Assembly (NCBI GenBank): GCA_010015805.1
Contig: ML978122.1
Span: 1,770,453 to 1,834,452, forward strand
Source of the DNA: Rhizodiscina lignyota
Taxonomy: Eukaryota
Direction of reading: 5' to 3'
Length of the DNA stretch: 64,000 bases
The notes beneath the pieces were generated by a model. The model saw nothing but the letters and a program-made list of their open reading frames with translations, searched no databases and was not told where the DNA came from. Each line of letters opens with the position of its first letter. Within the stretch, counting starts at the first letter, position 1. Shown here in pieces: positions 23,851 through 38,055 of this stretch. A program made the position numbers and the translations under genes.

Positions 23851-25913
23851 CTAACTATTCGGGTCAACATTCGTCTCCATGATCCTCAACGGCTGTGGCG
23901 GCGGCGTTCCCGCTTCGTGACCCGGAGGCCCACCACCACTGTACGCAGTTCCTGGTCCGCCACCCGGGCCTTTCGCCGGCCTCTCCACCCTCTCAGACAC
24001 TCGCTCTACCAGATCGCTTGGGACACTCGTTGCTGTCTGTCCACTTGCTACGCTGATGCTGCTCATTGGTGCACTCTTTGGGCTTACCGCTCCTGCACCA
24101 ACAGGAAGCGGAGCCGTGTTGGTGATGCCAAGAGAGTCGAGGGCGACATTAGGCGCCACGTGTATGGAGGGTGTAGGAGTATGCATGGGCGTGAGGCGTG
24201 GGGTTCCTTGCATTTTGGGGGTGCCTATGCCCGTGAATGGAGAGATGGCGCCAGATTGGGTGCCTGATGGCATGTTGGATGGAGGGACAGGGATTGAGAT
24301 GTCTTCTGGAGAGCCGGGAATGAGTTGCTCTGGGAGATCGGGAATGTGGATGCGTTTGGCAGAGTTGTTGTATGAGGCGGGGATGATCTGGACCTTGGAG
24401 TCAGTATGGCACTGATATACTAATGGTAGATATGTTAGGGTATACATGCCTCGATTATTTCGTTGCGTGGGAAATCGAGCTTCGGGATATCCTGTGCGTT
24501 GCATGCCATTAGGTAGCCATACAACACGCGTAGCACGCTCTCGTGAGCAATGATAAGGAGGTCGTTATTCTCGCGTTCGAGCTCGAGAATGATCGGTTCA
24601 AGGCGCACAGCAAGGTCGTGATAGCTCTCTGCACGCGGGTAGCGGTGATGATAGGGATCTTGCTCGTGCTTGGCCACTTCTTCAGGATACTTCTCTCTGA
24701 TCCTCTTCTCGCTTAACCTCTCGCAGACACCAGGGTTCATCTGACTCATTTGTGAGCGCTGTCGGACGCGGTAACCCTTACTTGCGAGGTAATGGCTGGT
24801 CTCGATGGTGCGTCGTCGTGTGGAAGTCCATATAGTCAACGACTTGAGCGCATCATTTGGGCCTCCTCGGTCGATGAGAGCTTGTCGTTCTGCTTCTCGA
24901 TGCTGGATAAGAGTCTCTCCCATCTTCTGCGCATAGTCTTCTCCTTCTGGCGAGAGACTTGCATCCGCCTTGTAGCTGTCCTCGGTCGTTGTCGTGCCTG
25001 CTCGCGCAAAATATGTACGTCTTGACTTGATATGCAGGTTGAGGAGATAGAAGACAATCCTCTGGCTCAGATAGCCAAAGGCGCACTTGTTCACAAGCAC
25101 TCGCTCACCGGCATTGATGAGCTTGATCCAGTGAAGTTCCATCTCTTCCATTGTTTCGAAATGTGGTATCCTTGAAGCTATGCGAGTAAGATAATCCTTC
25201 ACTGCGTCTGCCTCGCTCCAGCCAATATAATCCGGGGATGATATCTTGACGCTTCGAACGTTCTCCTCAATGATGCGCTCATTGTTGCATTGCGATTCGA
25301 TGAACAGAGTCTGAATTCCATGTTTCGCAAATTCTCGAGCGAGGGATCTGCGACCTGCGGCGATTGCATTTACAGCATCGTAGATCGCGACTTGCCCATT
25401 TTCGTGCTCTAAGAAGTTGTAGATGTCCTCTCGGCATTTCTTCAAGATCTTGTTGCGCAGAAGTACCGATGACGGGCTTGCATTGACAAAGAAGTAGTCA
25501 TCTGGAACATCCTTTCCGGGTCCCAGAGTTGCGCGACGATAGTCACCCAGATGGAAGACGTGCGTTTTGACTCCTAGCCAGCGGAGATAACGTGCCACGG
25601 CGACTGAGATGTGAGTCTTGCCGCGTGCCGGGAGTCCCACGGTCACGATTACAATGCGTCCAGAGTGGAAGAGACGGCCAGATTCGGTACTGTACAGTTG
25701 CGCTGGTGCCATCTCCTCTTTCTCGGGCAAGTCGTGAATGGCATCGACAAAGGTTGACGACCGCCGCCGGAAGCGCGGCGAATTCGCGGCCACCTCCGCA
25801 GTTCTACATTCATTAGTATGTTGTTCTGACTAATGTAGGGATGCAATAGAATGGCTCTTGTTTCCATGTGAGTGGGACAGATGAGCTTCGGAGACCTACA
25901 GAAGGGTATCCAT
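23851..25913 (-). CDS. 6-phosphofructo-2-kinase/fructose-2,6-bisphosphatase family protein (YLR345W-like)
   Basis: Micro-exon MDTL(L) at 25913 spliced to TAEVAANSPRFRRRSSTF; P-loop VGLPARGKT; HRYPRAESYHDL; LIIAHESVLR; phosphatase RHG motif appears as RAG; Pro/Thr-rich last exon. Confidence 0.92.
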
Positions 25914-26560
25914 GGTGAACGTTTAGGAAATCGTTAGAAAAAGTTTAAAACTATCGCATCATATAAAACGGGTATGCACTCCTCAACGGTGGTCCGTTGA
26001 AGCAAAGTTTGCCACTGCGCTTTAGATTGTTGATTTGATTGTCGTCCAGTCTATGAAGGCGTCCACGGGGCCGTCTATCTTTAGCCCGGATTTCGGCAAA
26101 TGATGGATTGGCGTTTGATAATGGAGCGCGTTCTATGAAATCGACACTTTCAGAGAGCTGTAGAGAGCGCGTGGAGGAAGTCGGATATCTGGCGCCCTGG
26201 GAAAAGAAAGATATGCCGCGGGAATATGTTGTCATCGCCCACGCCTTCCTGTGATAAAGCGGCAAAGATGGGATGGCCTACGGACTTTGCCGCGGAGCTG
26301 CTGGCGGCAACACTTCGGGAAGTTCGGTACCTCGAGCTCGCTGACGCGCCAGCCGCTGCCGCAGGCGCGCAGAATACGTCGTGAGAATTGTGATCGAGAA
26401 TCGCCAGCTCCAGCGCACGCGACGCCCTTCCCATCCGTACTTCTATTGATACTCGTTCAATCTCGTCCGCAGGTCCTCCGCACTCCCCTCCCCAGCTTCG
26501 CACTCCTTTTTCTCGTCACCCCCTCACTTTCAGCCTCCTCGAGGCTCGCTCCTAATCACC

Positions 26561-27749
26561 ATGTCCGCCGAAAAATCACCACTTCCCGACTTCCTCACCC
26601 TGAACCCGGTCGTCGCACGGTTAAGAGATGTATACAATGCTTTTCACGACCGGAGAGCCTCTCTCGGATTGTCAAATCCTGGCACAATAGAGAAGATTGC
26701 GCAAGAGGTGCAGCGAGATGTGTTTCTCAACAATTACGCCTTCACCGGCCTCCGCGCCGATATCACAAAGGCATTTAGCGTCATGCCGATGTTCCAAGTC
26801 AGCCACTCGCTGTCGATGGGAAGTCAGATGTTACCGCCGTATGGGTTTGCCGCATTGTACGGCTCGTCCAAGGTACGTTCTTTTTCTCCAGTTGTTCAAA
26901 AAAAATTTAGAGCTTGGAACGGTTATGGATACTAATAAATCGAAAAAGGTGTTCATGCAAGCAAATCTCGACTCCGATCTTTCACTCAACGGCCGCTTTA
27001 ACTATCGGTGGAGCTCGTCCTTCATAACGAAGACCAGCGTTCAGCTCGCGCAGGGGCAAGCGATGGCCAACTTCGAGAATGACTACACGGGAGCAGATTT
27101 TTCGGCATCGCTGAAGATGATGAACCCTTCGATACTCGATGGCGGCCTCACTGGCATATTTGTTGGCAGCTATCTCCAATCTCTCACACCTCGCTTCGCA
27201 CTGGGACTGGAAGGCGTCTGGCAGCGTGCTGCAATGAATCGGGGACCGGAGATGTTGGTCAGCTATGCTGCCAAATACAAAGGAGATGACTGGATCGCGA
27301 GTGCGCAATTGCTGGCAGCAGGAGGCATTTCGGCGTCTTATTGGAGGCGGTTGACGGAGCGAGTTGAGACTGGTGTCGACGTCAGCCTTCAATTCGCAGG
27401 ACTGGGCATGGCTCCAGGCGGCATGATGAGTTCAGTCAAGAAAGAGGGTGTTACGACAATCGGTGCAAAATACGACTTCAGGGCTAGCTCATTCCGAGCG
27501 CAGATCGATAGCCAAGGGAAGTTGGGATGTCTGCTGGAGAAGAGAGTCGCTCCTCAAGTCCAAGTGACATTTGCAGGAGAGATTGATCACCCAAAGGTAG
27601 GGCAGTCTTTGATACATTGTATAACAATCTTACTGACAAAATCTTAGAATACTGCCAAAGTTGGTCTTGCAGTGTCACTCGAAGCCGCCGACGAGGACGT
27701 CATGGCGCAACAAGAAAGGACAGGCGAAGTCGCATCGCCGCCATTCTAA
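26561..27749 (+). CDS. TOM40: Mitochondrial import channel Tom40
   Basis: [62 protein letters not shown]; 3 exons ending …ASPPF-stop. Confidence 0.97.
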
Positions 27750-28185
27750 TCGATGAAGGCTCCGGCTATGTGCTCCAATCTCTCATCATTCCTCTTCGTG
27801 TATTATCAGCATCAGCATGCGCGCGCCAACAGTTATATCATGGGCCGAGCGCGTTCCCGAAGAAAAGCCACGCCACGAAGGTCACGTCGCCCTCATTGTG
27901 TCAAATAGACTAATTGCCTTCTCTTCTGATCTTTTGTCCAATTGGAACCCGGACAGAAGATCTCCTCTTTGGTGAAGTGGGTCGGACGTGGTTTCTATGA
28001 ATAGCACGATGTCTGGACTGGGACTGGATCCAAAGAGATAAAGTTTTCTGGGGCCACGTGCGTGTGATTTTGTGGATTACTTGTATATATAGAGCACGCA
28101 AAATACCATTGTTCTCCTCTTTATGCTGCTACTACAGATCATACTAATGTCGTCGATACATGTCTGCACATACGTTGCTATTGCT

Positions 28186-30248
28186 TCAAAGCTCATACTT
28201 GCGACCTCTAGAGCACCCGTCCTCCGTCCAAGGCACCTGACACAGTTTTCCGTCACTCTGCTCAACCCAGTCCTCACTCCCCACGCAGCTGCGGCACCAA
28301 AACAATCCGTTCGGGTCATACTTCTTTTTGATATCCCTCAACTTGGGATAGTTCTTGCCGAAGAAGGTATACTGCCAGTCTGGTTCGAAAACATCCGGCT
28401 CGTTGAAGTATGCACCACTGTCTGGAGCAAGCTGCCTCAGAGCGCGTGTCCTATTGTAAGTGATGTCATTGTACACATCGTTGATTTCGCTCTCCGGCGA
28501 GCCATCTACCCAACCTTCGGTTGTGATGAGATGCACGACTGCGTCGCGCCAGGCAGGGTTGAGGGCGGTGTCAAGATTGCGATTTGCAGAGTTGGCGATC
28601 ATATGGCCGATTACGAAGTTGTTCCGTACAGGGGACTAGAGTTTGTGAGTATTTGCTCTGATAATGCTGGACGGATGGACCAATATGACTTACCACACTC
28701 CCATCTGTCTTCGGTCCTACATATTGTAATGTCCTCGCCACTAAATCCAAGTCTTCGGATAGACTACTGGTGCTTAGCAAGCGACTACCGAAATCAGAGC
28801 CGCCAGTTGCGACTGGCTCTGGCCCAGGTGGGTACCACATGTCGTAGAAGGTAGGCGCTTCTAAAATAGTGGTGTTGTAGAAGAGCCATCCCTCCGCCAC
28901 AGTCTGATCCAATGTCTTCTTGAACGAGGCAAAAGTATCATTGGCGAAGCTGGCAGGCTTGTCGTAGAAATACCATCCACCCATGAAGTACAGACCAGGT
29001 GAGGCTGGTGGACCGACAATACCATAGTAGCCCTGCAGACCGGCTGTTTTCCATGCGATGAATTCATGGTGTAGCTGAGCCATGAGGTCATAGAATGCCG
29101 TAGTGGTGTTTGGGTTCACTTTCGTCTGCGCAATATTCAGAATGAATACGTTGCTCTTCGGCGTCGGGAATGCCTTTACGACGGCTTGCGTAATGACACC
29201 GAAAGTGCCCCCACCGCCGCCTCGGAGCGCCCAATAGAGGTCCTGGTGCTGGAACGCGTTCGCTGTGACGATTTCGCCCGAGGCAAGGACTACTGTGGCT
29301 TCAAGTAGATTGTCGGATCCCATGCCGTACGAGCTCGATAATGGGCCGTGGCCTCCGCCCTGCATCCAGCCAGCAAGACCAACGGTGGGGTTAGAGCCGC
29401 CGACGACAATGGCCCCGGATTTGTTTGACAAAGCATAGACTTCAAAGTCCTGCATGCCAGCGCTGACAGTAGCAGCCATTTGAGCCGGGGTGTCGGAAGG
29501 GCAGTCGGAGGGTTTCCAGGATTTGTGTAACTGGAACGACTTCAAGTTGTGCGTCCAGATTCTGGGCAATTCTGTTAATTCCTACTCATCTTTTCGAAAG
29601 TAAAGAAACAACAAGACATACGAGAGGCTGCCCCATCCCGTACTGCGACCAGGGAAATTGTGACCGGTGTTTTTGATCACAACTCGAACTCCGGTTTTAC
29701 CAGCCCATTTCAGTGCCGTACTAATCTGCTCGGCGCTCGAGGCATTGACGACGTAGTAGGGATACCCTCCGCCGATGCCTCTACCACCCCCACCAGCACC
29801 AAGACTGCATCCCTCGGCCTCCGCACCAGGGTCTCCCGTAATGCTAGAGCCGTTCGCGAAGATCGGGTTACACGAGTTGTTGGCCCAGATAGGGTAGTCG
29901 ATGCTGATTGGATTGGCGGCGTGGAAGCTCGAGTTTAGCCATTGTGAGGCCACGAAAGCGCAAAGAGTTTCGTTGAAATCATGGAATGGGCTGGATGGAT
30001 AACAAACGCTAGCTGGAGGAACGGCAGCAATGAGAGCTCCGTGAAGCGAAGTGTTGAGAGATTTCCATTCAGCTTCGGACGGAAAACAATCCGTATTTGG
30101 AGTCTGGGTATATTGTTAGGACTATATTTATAAGTTGGAAAAGCATGAGACGAACACATTTACATGTTTGTTGAGTAGCTTGGACAGAAAAGAAAGAGAA
30201 GAAAAAAGAAATGTAGCAGATCGATTTGATTGTTGAACCAAGCTCCAT
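28186..30248 (-). CDS. Secreted FAD-linked oxidoreductase (FAD_binding_4 + berberine-bridge domain)
   Basis: Signal-peptide exon MELGSTIKSICYISFFFSFFSVQATQQTCKC; IKNTGHNFPGRS (flavinylated His), GWMQGGGHG, DLYWALRGGGGGTFG, GAYFNE…FFGKNYPKLRDIKKKYDP; 4 exons. Confidence 0.93.
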
Positions 30249-31068
30249 GTTGGATTCATAGATTGCGTACTTTGTTTATAGAGATATCTCCACAGGAGCA
30301 GATGACGGAAGAGTAGGAAATCTGGGAGGCCTATATATCGCTCAATTATGCTTTCGAATATGTAGAACGCTTGCGCCGACGCGTCATTTCTCTTTGACAA
30401 GTTCAAAATTCAAAAGAAGATGTTTCTCTACAGCCAGCAAAAATGCCTCGTTTGATCTCATAAATGATCCAAAACTCCGCACTTTCCCATTCATGGAACC
30501 AATTCACCGAAGCACGTTAATAAAGCTTATGCTTGTGATTGGGGAATCTGCTATATTACGGAATACCAAGCGTGAGCAGCGCCTGCCCAGACAGAGCTGA
30601 AAAGACCGCAAGAGAGACTGGAAGAAGAGACCATTGAGATTGAATATGCGTGCAGATCAGGCTCGTATGCGGTGCAAACCCCTGACCGAAAGCGAGAAGT
30701 TGTTCGCATTGGTGGATCGAAGGAGGCCAAGAAGGCAGACTTTAAAAAAGGCGCGAGGCTGGGGAACGCCACGATTGGACATCTTGTCTATATCGGTCAG
30801 AATTCGCGATCACGTGTAGGTTAACAGTTACACGAATCATGCTCTTGTTTCATTGGCTAATAGCTACTTGTAAAAAAGTGACCGACCGCGCTCGTGTTTC
30901 CGCATCCCCCGCTGGGGCTCATTACCGAAGCCGATTAGTGCTAAACAAGAAATTGTGCACGCGACCAAATGGGCTCTTATACTCAGAGTCATCGCTCCGG
31001 AGGTTGGATCACCTTCGACAAATTCAAGACTCGGTAACTTGATACCAAGTAGCACCACCAGAACCAAC

Positions 31069-32512
31069 ATGGCACAACCTGGATCGTATGAGCTTGACGA
31101 TCGGGTTCAACCTCCATCTCCGAGACATGAAGCAAGTATGGAGGAAATCAATGATCATGAAGGACGAGCGTCTGAAGGGGGACGCTGGGACTGGAAAAGG
31201 AAAGAAATTCAAACGCTTGTGGGAGCATCACTCGTGCAACTCCCAATCTGGGGTGAGTCTAAGGGGATCCAGCTCCTAAGGACTGTTGACTCATATAGCA
31301 GGGTTTGCCATGAGTTATGGTATCCTTCAGGAATATTTCTCCAACAATTGGCCACTGAAAGGCTCCAATTCTGCAGCCGGTGTCATTGGCACAACTTCGA
31401 ATGGTGTCATCTACATTGCAATGCCCTTTCTTTTCGGCCTCTTCAGTCAACCAGGTCGGGCCCGCTTTCGACAAGCCGTTGCGCTTGGTGGTCTGGCACT
31501 TTGTGCTCTCAGCTTTCTCCTGTCCTCATTCAGTGTCTACCTTTGGCATGTTATAGCAACACAAAGTGTGTTAGCATCCTTAGGCGGAGCGCTTATATAC
31601 AGCCCCACCACGCTTTCTCTTGGCGAATGCTTCAATACGGGCAACCGCGCGACTGCATATGCGATTGTGTTGTCATTCAAGGCCTCCGTAGGATCTACAT
31701 GTCCGTTTTTGATTCGTTTCCTGCTCGATAAGTATGGATTCCGCCTCACGATGCGAGTGTGGGCTGCCATTGTCGCCGGAAGCGGGTTGTGTGGTATTTT
31801 GCTGATCCCAGTCGACACCTCGAGGGAATCCATCATCGACAGCAGTAGGAGGCGCCGGACAGCTTGGCATTTCCTGAAGCACAGAACCTTTTACATCTAT
31901 AGCATTGCCACCATTCTCCAGAGTTCTGGCTATGGGATTCCTCCGACTTATATCATCTCCTACGCACGCTCCACGGTATCGATGTCCCAAATGACCACCA
32001 CGCTTCTCTTGACGCTTTTCAATATCCCTGGGATTCTGGCTTCCAACGTCTTTGGCTATTTGAGTGATAACAAACGATATCCTCTCTCTGCTACTTCGAC
32101 CACACTGATATCCAGTCTGAGCTCTGCACTCGCAATCTTGCTGCTCTGGGGTTTCGCATCTCGGAATAATATGGCGCTCCTTCTGTGCTTTTCCATAATA
32201 TTTGGCTTCTTCTCAAGCGCTTACAGCGCGACATGGGGCGGCATGATCAAAGAGATGGAACATGAGGCCGTACAGCGGAATGAGGCGCTCGATCCGGGAC
32301 TTGTATACGGGCTATTGAACGGCGCAAGAGGAGTCGGATACGTAAGTGGTGGCTTGGCCAGCGTACCACTTCTCAAGACAGGCGCGAATATGAGTGGAAC
32401 CGGAAGATTCGGCTATGCGACAGAGTATGGTCCTCTGATCATCTTCACCGGTCTGGTATCGAGCTTCGGAGGTTGGAGCTTGGTGTGGAAGTGCTACAAA
32501 ATGTTCCGGTGA
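31069..32512 (+). CDS. MFS transporter, monocarboxylate (MCT/Mch)-like
   Basis: QLPIWG|FAMSYGILQEY; multiple hydrophobic helices; DKYGFRLTMR, GYLSD, GLLNGARGVG. Confidence 0.9.
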
Positions 32513-32635
32513 TCAATTGGAGTCATATGACGAATGGTCCCGAGAGTTCTGGATGCTTGTTTCCATTCTGCTTGAGAGCCAATATCGGAGTTGCTGAGAA
32601 TGAGAGTTTGAAATGGACTTTCCAGGCCCGTCCAA

Positions 32636-32953
32636 TCAATCCTTTTTCGATGCAGAAGAATCTGAATGTGCACTATTTGATGGGTTTTTGGCATTCGCAG
32701 AGGCTGTGTGGGATAACTGTGTCAGCATCGCAGTCAACCATTGTGAGTAAAATCTGCATAAGTACTCACTATTTTTTCCAGCAGCCAGCTCACGGCGGAT
32801 AGCCTCAACCTCTTCTTGTGTCGGTTCTCGATTGTCCTCGGCAAATTCAGCTTCTTTGATCCGCTTGTTCTGCTGGACAGCATCTTCTTTAGACGTGGTC
32901 TCAGCGATGGAATTTAAGGTATCGTAGAAAGCCTGGTCCATGGAGGAAGGCAT
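32636..32953 (-). CDS. Small acidic hypothetical protein (3' structure uncertain)
   Basis: ATG ORF with helical, charged sequence (EPTQEEVEAIRRELAAG) followed by a GTGAGT…GCTGACACAG intron-like segment; no family recognised. Confidence 0.4.
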   Translation of the reverse strand: MPSSMDQAFYDTLNSIAETTSKEDAVQQNKRIKEAEFAEDNREPTQEEVEAIRRELAAGKNSEYLCRFYSQWLTAMLTQLSHTASANAKNPSNSAHSDSSASKKD

Positions 32954-33265
32954 AGTTACCAGAATGATCCACAGTCAAGTAGTAGCGAAGTATTAGAAAG
33001 ACACCGACGAGGACACAAGTCTAGGTGTTGCACTGTTAAAACGCGAGTTCCTGGAAAAATCTGTCGAAGTCAAGGTCGCCCAAAGGACTATGAAACAACG
33101 TATGGTAGCGCCTCCGAACTTGCCGTGAAGGTTATTCTTGCAATCGACCTTGTCAGGCTGCTAGCGTCCGACCGGCCCGTCTACGGCAGTGAGAAACATT
33201 GCCATTGGAGGCTTTCTGAATTATTGTGGATTATGGGTCCGTTGGCGGGACGGATAGTAGAGATT

Positions 33266-33358
33266 TAAAGTTGCAGCTAGCCCTAAGAGGTAAACAAAAC
33301 TTTATGTTGACTGTTATAGAAGCTCAAGCCCTACCTTAGAGGGCTAGCTGTAACTTTA
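33266..33358. mobile_element. ~93-bp TA-flanked inverted-repeat element (miniature Tc1/mariner-like relic)
   Basis: TAAAGTTGCAGCTAGCCCT … AGGGCTAGCTGTAACTTTA: 19-bp inverted repeat with one mismatch, TA at both outer ends. Confidence 0.6.
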
Positions 33359-33578
33359 GGGTAGGCCCCTGCCAGCGTACGGCCAATGAGGAGCTTTAGG
33401 CGTGATAGTCACGATATATCCAATGACGGCATGATAGCATGAGCTGATAGAAATCTGCAATTTGCATGTGGTCGCTGAAGGGTTTAAAGTTTTGGTTGAA
33501 ATACTCGCGTCTCGCAAGCTCAAGGTGTGGTCATAAACCCCTCTTCACATCAATTGAGCCAGCAACCAAAGACATAAC

Positions 33579-35111
<1,533 letters not shown>

Positions 35112-35739
35112 ATATCCATCAAGACAAGACATGGTCGCATATATCCGTGCTACGGAATGAGGTCGAGGCATTCACATAGTCAGTGGGCATCGGCACCAAT
35201 CGATCCAGACGATCCTTCTGTTGATTAGGAGAACACGAAATCCTCGTATCGCGGGCTGCTCAGTCTCGGACCAGGTCAATCTCGAGCTTGGCCAAATTGA
35301 GATGATGACGGGCTATTGATATTCTATTTTTGAAGCAACTGGAGCATGATCGTTGATCGTAGAGGGCCAGCTTTCGAAAGTTGTTGTGAAAGGAGAGAAA
35401 CGCTCCGCTCCAAATGCCTAACTTCCGGCTTAGCGTCGGGTCAACCACGGAACCCTTGCACGAGAGTATCACCAAGAACATCGGCAGTTGCAGAATTATG
35501 TTTGCCGAAAGTTTTCACACTTCATTCTCTCCAGCCTTGCTGCCACGGCAGTTCTCAACATCGTATGAGAAAGTCGTTACTTCGTGCATTACCAAAAGCC
35601 GCAGTCCACCTGACAATCTGCATAGGTATCGTCTGTCCGAATTGAGTTACGCTCGTGATGCAAAGACGCCATTCTATTTCCCGTACCGGGCCTCCTTCGA
35701 TGGAACTTTCGTCATGCAGCTCAATCACAGCGGCTACGC

Positions 35740-37556
35740 TCATATCTGGACAGACATGTCCGTGCCCTCCTCTCGTCTCCTCGGGATTACCATCACGTTG
35801 TGCAATTTGACATCCACGGCTTCGAACTGAGTCATGACGTTAGCCACATCCAGAGGAATGGCAGCATCTTAGTGAAGAAATCACTCACCCTGTAGATTCT
35901 CAACAGCGTCGCCCAAATTTTATAGAGCTCCAATTGGACGATGTTTTTCCCGATGCAACTCCGGCTTCCATGGCCGAACACCAGCATGGCCCTGCGCATC
36001 TTCAACACTCGTTCATGGTGTTTCTCTGCACTCTCGTAATCTCGGCGCATCCACCGGTCTGGATTGAATTGACGTGCATCCGCTCCGAATACATCGGGAA
36101 GCATGGCGATTGATGCTGCGTTCATCGCTACAACTGTGCCCGGCGGCAGTTCCGTACCGTCTGGAAGGCGGAGGCCGTTTTTAGGTGCGAGACGTTCTAG
36201 ATTATTCGCTGGCGCGCCAAATGTGCGGTATGACTCTTGGATCATGGCGTCGAGGTATGGCATCTTGAGGGCCAGGTCAAGCGCTGCCGGGCCCTCAGTT
36301 TCAGCCTCTTTCATTGCGGCCATATTAACACTGGTGATCTCATTGTACAGGCGGTCCTGAGCTTCTGGGTGCAATGCCAGCCAGTGGATGGTGGCGTCCA
36401 TTGCTTTTGCGCTGTTGTTTGCTCCAGCGACAACATTCGTGGTGGAAAGATGAATGAGGCGAATTTCGTCCATAAGCGGGTAAGCCTTCCGCGAAGCAAT
36501 GAAGCTGCCCAGCAAATCATCGTATTGTCGGTTCGTCACCAAGGTCTGCGCCTCAGGGTCTTTCTCTGCTTTCAATAGTCGCTCCCTCACAACGCGTTGT
36601 GCAAAGAGGAAGAACTTGTTGGTCGGCTTTTTCTTAAAAAGGTTGAGGAACGGATTCCGCTTCGTAATTGTGTCGAGAAAGGGGAAGTTGTTGGCGACGC
36701 TGATGTAGCGGAAGTGTTCTTGCTGGGCCTTCAGCATGCCATTGAAGTCGTAGCCATGGTCGAGAAAGCCCAGGGGCTCGCCGAAAGAGATCTTAGACAT
36801 AACATCGAAACCCCCTTACACCCAGTTAGCTGGCGATGCTGCTTGGTGGATTGTGGACAACGAACAATACTGTAGCCACCGGCTCATGTTAATTGGTTTG
36901 CCTTGGGAACCGTACTTATCCATCACTCCGACCAGCTTTTCAATCATCTGATCAATGTATCCCTCGTAGCCTTTCAGTGAGGACAAGGAATAAGCATGTG
37001 CAATTGGCCGCCTGAACCTTCCATGGGTCTCCTCCTCCTTGATGCTGACTAGCGCTGTCTGATTGGTGCCTTTGCAATGTCAGTTCAATAGATATTAACC
37101 AGGAGGCGTCTAGAGGGAAACGCCATTATCGAGAAATGAGTGATTTACCTCTGATGACAAAGACATTATAGCCAGGACCCTAATCATAAGCACGAATCAG
37201 CGAGAGTCTTACGCCGTTAGGGGTGTTCATACCTTGTCGAGGCGTTGCCTGAATCCAAATACAGTCTCGATGGCTTCGGGATCATATACGAGCACATGAG
37301 TTGGCCCAATCCTCACAACATCACCATAGCGCCCGATCATGTTGATCTGGTAGTTGTTGACACCTTCTTGATGATGGTTGAGCTTCCATGCTTGATAGCC
37401 GCGCCACGCATTGCTGTATTTGGCCAACCAGGGACCAGGTATATGATCGAGTTTTGCTTTCTTGCTTCCGACAAAAAAGTAGGCGAAGAATGCAAAGACA
37501 GAACCCGCAATGAGGTAAATGGGAGACAGAGACAGGAACAAACCTGAGACAGCCAT
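35740..37556 (-). CDS. Cytochrome P450 (pisatin-demethylase-like group)
   Basis: N-terminal TM plus HIPGPWLAKYS, YGDVVRIGP, I-helix VVAGANNS, ExxR as QESYR, FNPDRW, heme motif FGHGSRSCIG; multi-exon. Confidence 0.93.
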
Positions 37557-38055
37557 GATGTTGACGCGGTTTTCGAAGTCAAGAGATGTCGTTGCAAGGC
37601 CAAGAACTGCCGACTGCACTAAGCATGAGCGTGGGATACCCACGATTATTATTTATGTATAGGATGCAGTCATCCACGGCCTAAGAAGCCCTTGATTACC
37701 GGCAAACGAAAGGGGGGGTACCGCACGCGGGGCCCCGCAAGTGCCGTGACTTGTCAGAACTTTATGCAACCTGCGCCATGCCCTTTCAAGCTCGCTAGCA
37801 ATAGCACATTCAAGAAACGCGACCATCATCCTTCGCTTGTGATTCATGTATATCCCCGCCGTGCACACAAAAATGGAGCATACCAACTGCCGAAGCACAC
37901 GTAGACGAGGGTGGTGTCCAGCACTTCAATCCCATTAAATATCAAATCCCGTCTTATCCGGTCGCTATGTTCTTTCGTACAGTCTTGCTCACCTCTCTTT
38001 GTCGCTGTCTCAAGGTTCCCACTGTATTGCTTGACCCACTACAGGAGCTGCGAAC

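Noticed and set aside
24990..25015. RHG to RAG change in the FBPase-2 domain as a novel lesion
   Set aside because: Recalled as typical of the YLR345W-like subfamily, so not strain-specific.
28123..28854. 243-aa + strand ORF
   Set aside because: Antisense to the BBE oxidase last exons.
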